Shown in pieces: positions 49,653-53,885 of a DNA stretch of 53,885 nucleotides. The notes below the pieces were generated by a model that did not search any database, was not told the origin of the DNA, and saw only the letters and a list, made by a program, of their open reading frames with translations. Source of the stretch: a virus (lineage: Duplodnaviria; Heunggongvirae; Uroviricota; Caudoviricetes); the IMG/VR virus record IMGVR_UViG_2718218201_000002, positions 64,001 to 117,885 of that record. The stretch is one strand, 5' to 3'. Numbering within the stretch: the stretch's first letter is position 1; each line of letters starts with the position of its first letter. The position numbers were made by a program, and so were the translations under genes.

Positions 49653-51620
49653 TTGGCTAAAAATTTGTTAAATGAATTAATTTATGTGGACTTTAAAGAA
49701 GTATCATCTATTCAATTAAAACAAGGTGATACTTCCCCTATCTTAATTAAACTTATCAACAATGCGGGAGTAAAATCTTACAAGTCATTAAAAGAGTATG
49801 CAGCCGAAAGTTCGAGTCAACGAGCCACTGTTTACTTATCAACAAGTAAGAACACAGTTGTATTTAAACAAAGTTTTGAAGTGAAGAATGGTGCTGTTGC
49901 ATTAACTATCAATCAAGTATTACCTGTCGGAACATATTTCTTAGAGATTTTATATGATGGCAAAGTTTATCCTTCTGCTAATAGTTTGAGCGTGAGAATT
50001 AATCCATCTGCTGATATTGCTCAAGAAGATATTATCAGCCTTGAAACTATTGAAGCTATTGAAAGTAACATTCTTTCTAAAGTTCTTCCACAGGTTCAAG
50101 AGCAAATTGATGCTTTACTATCAAACCAAGTACAAAAATACTTAGCTGAGAATGGGCATACTCTAAGAGGTGAACGTGGTGAAACAGGTGCACGTGGATT
50201 AACTGGTGAACGTGGAGCAGATGGCAGTATTGTAACTATTGATGAAGACACTGGGTTCTGGAAGATTGATGATGAATTAACAGAAGTTAAAGCACGAGTT
50301 GAAGCCTTGAGCGATGTTCCAATGGACAATGTGGCTGGTTTAAAAGAAAAGTTAAGTTTAATCGAACAATCGACTGAGCAACAAATAGCTCGTTTAAGAC
50401 AACAAGAATTAGCTGAAATCAATCGTAAAATTGAAGGTGTTGCTCCTCAAGTAACTCAACAAAACCAACAGTATGTTGATAGAAAGATTGAAGAGCTTAT
50501 TGATAGCGCACCAGAGAATTTAAATACGTTAAATGAGATTGCTCAAAAATTACAAGAAGATAGCGCATTAAGTGCTTCTCTTGTTAAACAAATATCATCT
50601 AAAGCAGCTACACAAGAGGTACAAGAAGGATTACAATCAAAAGCTAATAAACAGCACACACATAACATTAGCGATATTACGGGTTTGACTGAGCAATTAA
50701 ACCAAAAGGTTGAATCGGCTTCTACTGAAAGTTTAGAGAGTTATAAAACTGAAGCAGATGAGAAATTTGCCTTAAAGAATCATAATCATAACGATGTGTA
50801 TGCTCCCCTTTCTCATAACCACTCTGTTGAACAGGTTACTGGTCTTGAAGAAAGATTAGAACAAGTTGCAAGAGGTGTGAATGGTAAAGACGGTAAATCA
50901 ATTACTATCACAAGCTCAATTACTAAGCCAGATGGAGATATTGAAGTCACATTTAGTGACAATACTAAGATTACAATCCCAAAAGGTGTTAAGGGCGACA
51001 GAGGAGAGCGAGGCATTCAAGGTGTTGCAGGTAATGACGGCAAAAGTATAGGAATCAAAAATGTTGAAGAAGCCACTGTTACTACTGGTGGTTGGGGTTG
51101 GTTTGGTGGTGGAACTACTACTAAAGTAATGCGTATAACTTTCACTGACGGTAAGACTGCTGACATTCCACATGGGTTACAAGGTGAGCGTGGAGAAAAA
51201 GGAGAACCTTTTAAATTCGAAGATTTTACATCTGAACAACTTAAACAACTAAGCCCAATTGCTGATACAGGTTGGCTTCCAGTTAGTTTACAAAACGGCT
51301 TTTTCAATGAGAATGAGAGCACAAGCAAACTCTCTTATCGGATTATAAGAGACGAGAGCATTGGGATAATCAACATCTCTGGAAGAATAAAAACACCTAA
51401 TACTTTAACAAGAGGATTAAAATATATTGCCAGCATTCCTATTAAAAATGATAAAGTTACTGCTTTAACTGCCTACGCCAGTAATTACTCAGGGGTCTCC
51501 CAGACACCAACATTTTCAATGTTTTATGAAAACAAAACTTTAACAATTAACACCGTAACAGAAATTCCAGCAAATACAGTTTTTGATATTAACGGAACTA
51601 CAATTGTTAATTTAACGTAG
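49653..51620 (+). CDS. Collagen-like tail fibre / accessory receptor-binding protein
   Basis: G-X-Y runs (GERGETGARGLTGERGADG; GVKGDRGERGIQG), HxH tail-fibre repeats (QHTHNISDITGL, NHNH, SHNH), beta-rich tip. Confidence 0.75.
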   Translation: MAKNLLNELIYVDFKEVSSIQLKQGDTSPILIKLINNAGVKSYKSLKEYAAESSSQRATVYLSTSKNTVVFKQSFEVKNGAVALTINQVLPVGTYFLEILYDGKVYPSANSLSVRINPSADIAQEDIISLETIEAIESNILSKVLPQVQEQIDALLSNQVQKYLAENGHTLRGERGETGARGLTGERGADGSIVTIDEDTGFWKIDDELTEVKARVEALSDVPMDNVAGLKEKLSLIEQSTEQQIARLRQQELAEINRKIEGVAPQVTQQNQQYVDRKIEELIDSAPENLNTLNEIAQKLQEDSALSASLVKQISSKAATQEVQEGLQSKANKQHTHNISDITGLTEQLNQKVESASTESLESYKTEADEKFALKNHNHNDVYAPLSHNHSVEQVTGLEERLEQVARGVNGKDGKSITITSSITKPDGDIEVTFSDNTKITIPKGVKGDRGERGIQGVAGNDGKSIGIKNVEEATVTTGGWGWFGGGTTTKVMRITFTDGKTADIPHGLQGERGEKGEPFKFEDFTSEQLKQLSPIADTGWLPVSLQNGFFNENESTSKLSYRIIRDESIGIINISGRIKTPNTLTRGLKYIASIPIKNDKVTALTAYASNYSGVSQTPTFSMFYENKTLTINTVTEIPANTVFDINGTTIVNLT

Positions 51621-51630
51621 AGGTGACTAT

Positions 51631-51960
51631 ATGTATAAACAATTTTTCAAAAAAATAGATGGTGAGCCTTTTCTATTCAACATAAAAGAGATTGACAGTG
51701 AAACAATTAATGATGAATACACTGATATTATGCCACAAGAAGGCTTGTACCACCCTATTCATTTTAATGGAGAAACTTGGATAGGAACTTCACGTGAAGA
51801 ATGGTTAAAAAATCAAGTAAATGAAGAAAATGAATATATGCCAGATGAAAAAGATAAAGCATTAGCTGACTTAACAGTGCAATTACTTTCTACGCAAGAA
51901 GAAGTTGCAAGTTTACATGAAGAAATAGCTAATTTGACATTAGAATTATTAAGAGGGTGA
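51631..51960 (+). CDS. Tail-fibre-associated small protein (XkdW-like position)
   Basis: 109 aa with C-terminal coiled coil, before the XkdX-like gene. Confidence 0.65.
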   Translation: MYKQFFKKIDGEPFLFNIKEIDSETINDEYTDIMPQEGLYHPIHFNGETWIGTSREEWLKNQVNEENEYMPDEKDKALADLTVQLLSTQEEVASLHEEIANLTLELLRG

Positions 51961-51965
51961 AGTTA

Positions 51966-52118
51966 TTGAAAAACATTGGTATTAAATATTACAAAATGGG
52001 CTTATATACTGAGAAACAGTTTGCTTTATTTGTAAAACGTGGCTTTGTTACAGAAGAAGAGTTTAAAGAATTAACAGGGCAAAATTATCAAGAAGTAATG
52101 AACCAAGAAACAATTTAA
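51966..52118 (+). CDS. XkdX-family protein, 50 aa (not in ORF track)
   Basis: TTG start; YYKMGLYTEKQFALFVKRGFVTEEEFKELTG matches the XkdX pattern. Confidence 0.8.
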   Translation: MKNIGIKYYKMGLYTEKQFALFVKRGFVTEEEFKELTGQNYQEVMNQETI

Positions 52119-52128
52119 TATTTTCAGT

Positions 52129-52166
52129 ATAGTCGGCTATTATTTTTTAAGCCGGCTATCTTTTTT
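52129..52166 (+). terminator. Rho-independent terminator
   Basis: ATAGTCGGCT/AGCCGGCTAT stem plus T-run. Confidence 0.75.
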
Positions 52167-52185
52167 AGAAAGGTAAGGTGATTTA

Positions 52186-53643
52186 ATGGCACCATCTAAA
52201 ACAAAACAAGAAGCGATAAATTATGCACTTAGCTTAGAAGGCAAAGGTTTAGATTTTGACAATTTTGCTGGCTGGCAATGTTTCGATGTTGCTAACTACT
52301 ACTGGAATCATATCTTTGGTCACGGTCTTAAAGGCGAAGGTGCAAAAGACATTCCGAATCCAAGATGGAACGACTTGACTCAAGAAGCATACATATATCC
52401 AAACACGCCGGAGTTTTTAGCAGAAGCTGGCGACCTAGCAATATTTAGTAGTCGTTTCGGCGGTGGATACGGACATGTAGGAATTGTAATTGAAGCTACT
52501 TTGGATTACATCGTCTTGCTAGAACAAAACTGGTTAGGTGGAGGAATAACTAAAACTGAAGTAACAACGAGAAGAAAACACAACTATGAATACGACATGA
52601 TATTTGTAAGACCAAAATACAAAAAAGAAGGAAGTGGTCGCTTGCCTAAAAAGAAGATTTTGTTAGTTGCAGGTCATGGTTTAGGTTACTGGTCTAATGA
52701 TAGTGGAGCTGCTGCCAATGGATACAATGAACGTGACTTTATTCGAAAAAATATAGTCCCTAATGTGGCTAAACATTTGCGTAAAGCAGGACATGATGTA
52801 CATCTTTATGGCGGGGAAACAATGAATCAAGACTTGTTTCAAGATACTCGATACGGTGAAATGGTAGGAAACTATTCGGATTATGGTATGTATTGGGTAG
52901 CTCGACAAGGTTTTGACTCTGTAACTGAGTTTCATCTTGACGCTGCTGGGGCACAAGCTAGTGGTGGTCACGTAATTATAGGTATGGGTTTGTCTCCTGA
53001 TACAATTGATAAAGCGATTCAAAACACAATTTATCATTTTATTGGTACTATCAGAAATATTGACCCTAGAGATAATTTATTAAACGTCAATGTTGCAAAA
53101 AATAAAGGTGTTAATTATCGTTTAGCTGAGTTAGGTTTTATTACAAGTGTAAAAGATATGAATAATATCATTAATAACCTTGAATCATATACTCGTGGCA
53201 TTGCTGAGGATATTCATGGTGGTAAACTGGAGCCTGTTAAATTACCAGCAAAAGAAAAAGCAAAAGAAAAGGTAAAACAAGTTGCAGCTAAGGTGACTAA
53301 AAAGAAACCAACTCCTGCTAATAATACGTCTAAGCCTAAGACTGAATGGGCTTGGAAAGGACAATTTACTACTTTTGCAAGTAATACTCAACCAATTGTT
53401 GTTAGACGTGCTGTTGGATTAAATGCTGCTAAAGTAGATGTAAATTCATGGATTTATCCGAACCAATGGGTACCATTCGACAGATTAATTAAAAAAGATG
53501 GATACTGGTGGATTCGCTTTGAATACCCTACTAATCCATCAGCTGGCAAGTTTTATATGCCAATTGGCAAGATTGGTAAAACTGGTAAAGTTAAAGTCGA
53601 TAAGACACTATGGGGTACTTTAGATATTAAATCTTATGGATAG
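52186..53643 (+). CDS. Endolysin: CHAP + Amidase_3 + SH3b
   Basis: QCFD and YGHVGIV (CHAP); [19 protein letters not shown] (amidase_3); C-terminal staphylococcal SH3_5-type domain. Confidence 0.93.
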   Translation: MAPSKTKQEAINYALSLEGKGLDFDNFAGWQCFDVANYYWNHIFGHGLKGEGAKDIPNPRWNDLTQEAYIYPNTPEFLAEAGDLAIFSSRFGGGYGHVGIVIEATLDYIVLLEQNWLGGGITKTEVTTRRKHNYEYDMIFVRPKYKKEGSGRLPKKKILLVAGHGLGYWSNDSGAAANGYNERDFIRKNIVPNVAKHLRKAGHDVHLYGGETMNQDLFQDTRYGEMVGNYSDYGMYWVARQGFDSVTEFHLDAAGAQASGGHVIIGMGLSPDTIDKAIQNTIYHFIGTIRNIDPRDNLLNVNVAKNKGVNYRLAELGFITSVKDMNNIINNLESYTRGIAEDIHGGKLEPVKLPAKEKAKEKVKQVAAKVTKKKPTPANNTSKPKTEWAWKGQFTTFASNTQPIVVRRAVGLNAAKVDVNSWIYPNQWVPFDRLIKKDGYWWIRFEYPTNPSAGKFYMPIGKIGKTGKVKVDKTLWGTLDIKSYG

Positions 53644-53651
53644 AATTATAA

Positions 53652-53688
53652 AAGGAGTTAAGCGTTTATGCCTAACTCCTTATTTTTT
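53652..53688 (+). terminator. Terminator between convergent genes
   Basis: AAGGAGTTA/TAACTCCTT stem with T-rich 3' and A-rich 5' flanks. Confidence 0.8.
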
Positions 53689-53702
53689 GTTTTTACAGCC
53701 TC

Positions 53703-53885
53703 TTATAAACTATTCTCCCCTTCATACTCAACATTAAAATTATCCTCAGTCTTCAAAATAATTGTATTACCTGATTTACTCCTCATCATAGTAATTACAT
53801 CAGCAATGTTGTCGGCTTGAAACATTAAACTTTCTTGCTCACTCATTTTGTTGTTGATTTCTAATTTTACTGCTACATTTGCCAT
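53703..53885 (-). CDS. Small hypothetical protein
   Basis: 60 aa ORF convergent on the endolysin; SD lies outside the window. Confidence 0.65.
   Translation of the reverse strand: MANVAVKLEINNKMSEQESLMFQADNIADVITMMRSKSGNTIILKTEDNFNVEYEGENSL

Noticed and set aside
4108-53037. Numerous 60-120 aa ORFs antisense to or nested in long genes
   Set aside because: Shadow ORFs of real genes, without SD or recognisable domains.

Overview
AT-rich window from a large staphylococcal siphovirus or prophage with SPbeta-like gene order. Left to right it holds: small early ORFs; a 2.2 kb non-coding gap; a minus-strand replication block (Rha/antirepressor, candidate ori, putative initiator, RecD2 helicase); a divergent promoter pair; a plus-strand block (putative transcription factor, HU-like, YonK-like, metallophosphoesterase); a 1.2 kb non-coding region; the full packaging, head and tail module, including a tyrosine recombinase before a ~2850 aa tape measure; and the lysis genes (SPP1-type holin, CHAP-amidase-SH3b endolysin). 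The most striking unexplained features are (1) the 1.2 kb ORF-free, densely base-paired region before the terminase genes, a candidate large ornate ncRNA, and (2) a mirror-symmetric G/C strand skew converging on a 28-bp 11-6-11 dif-like site, a possible target of the phage recombinase or the genome end. Also found are a dnaX-type -1 frameshift that adds an Ig domain to the major tail protein, overlapping divergent promoters, and a 5'-UTR pseudoknot. Three genes (recD2, tape measure, receptor-binding protein) are each split by one missing G or C, probably sequencing error. All family assignments come from motif recognition and gene order; no database searches were run.
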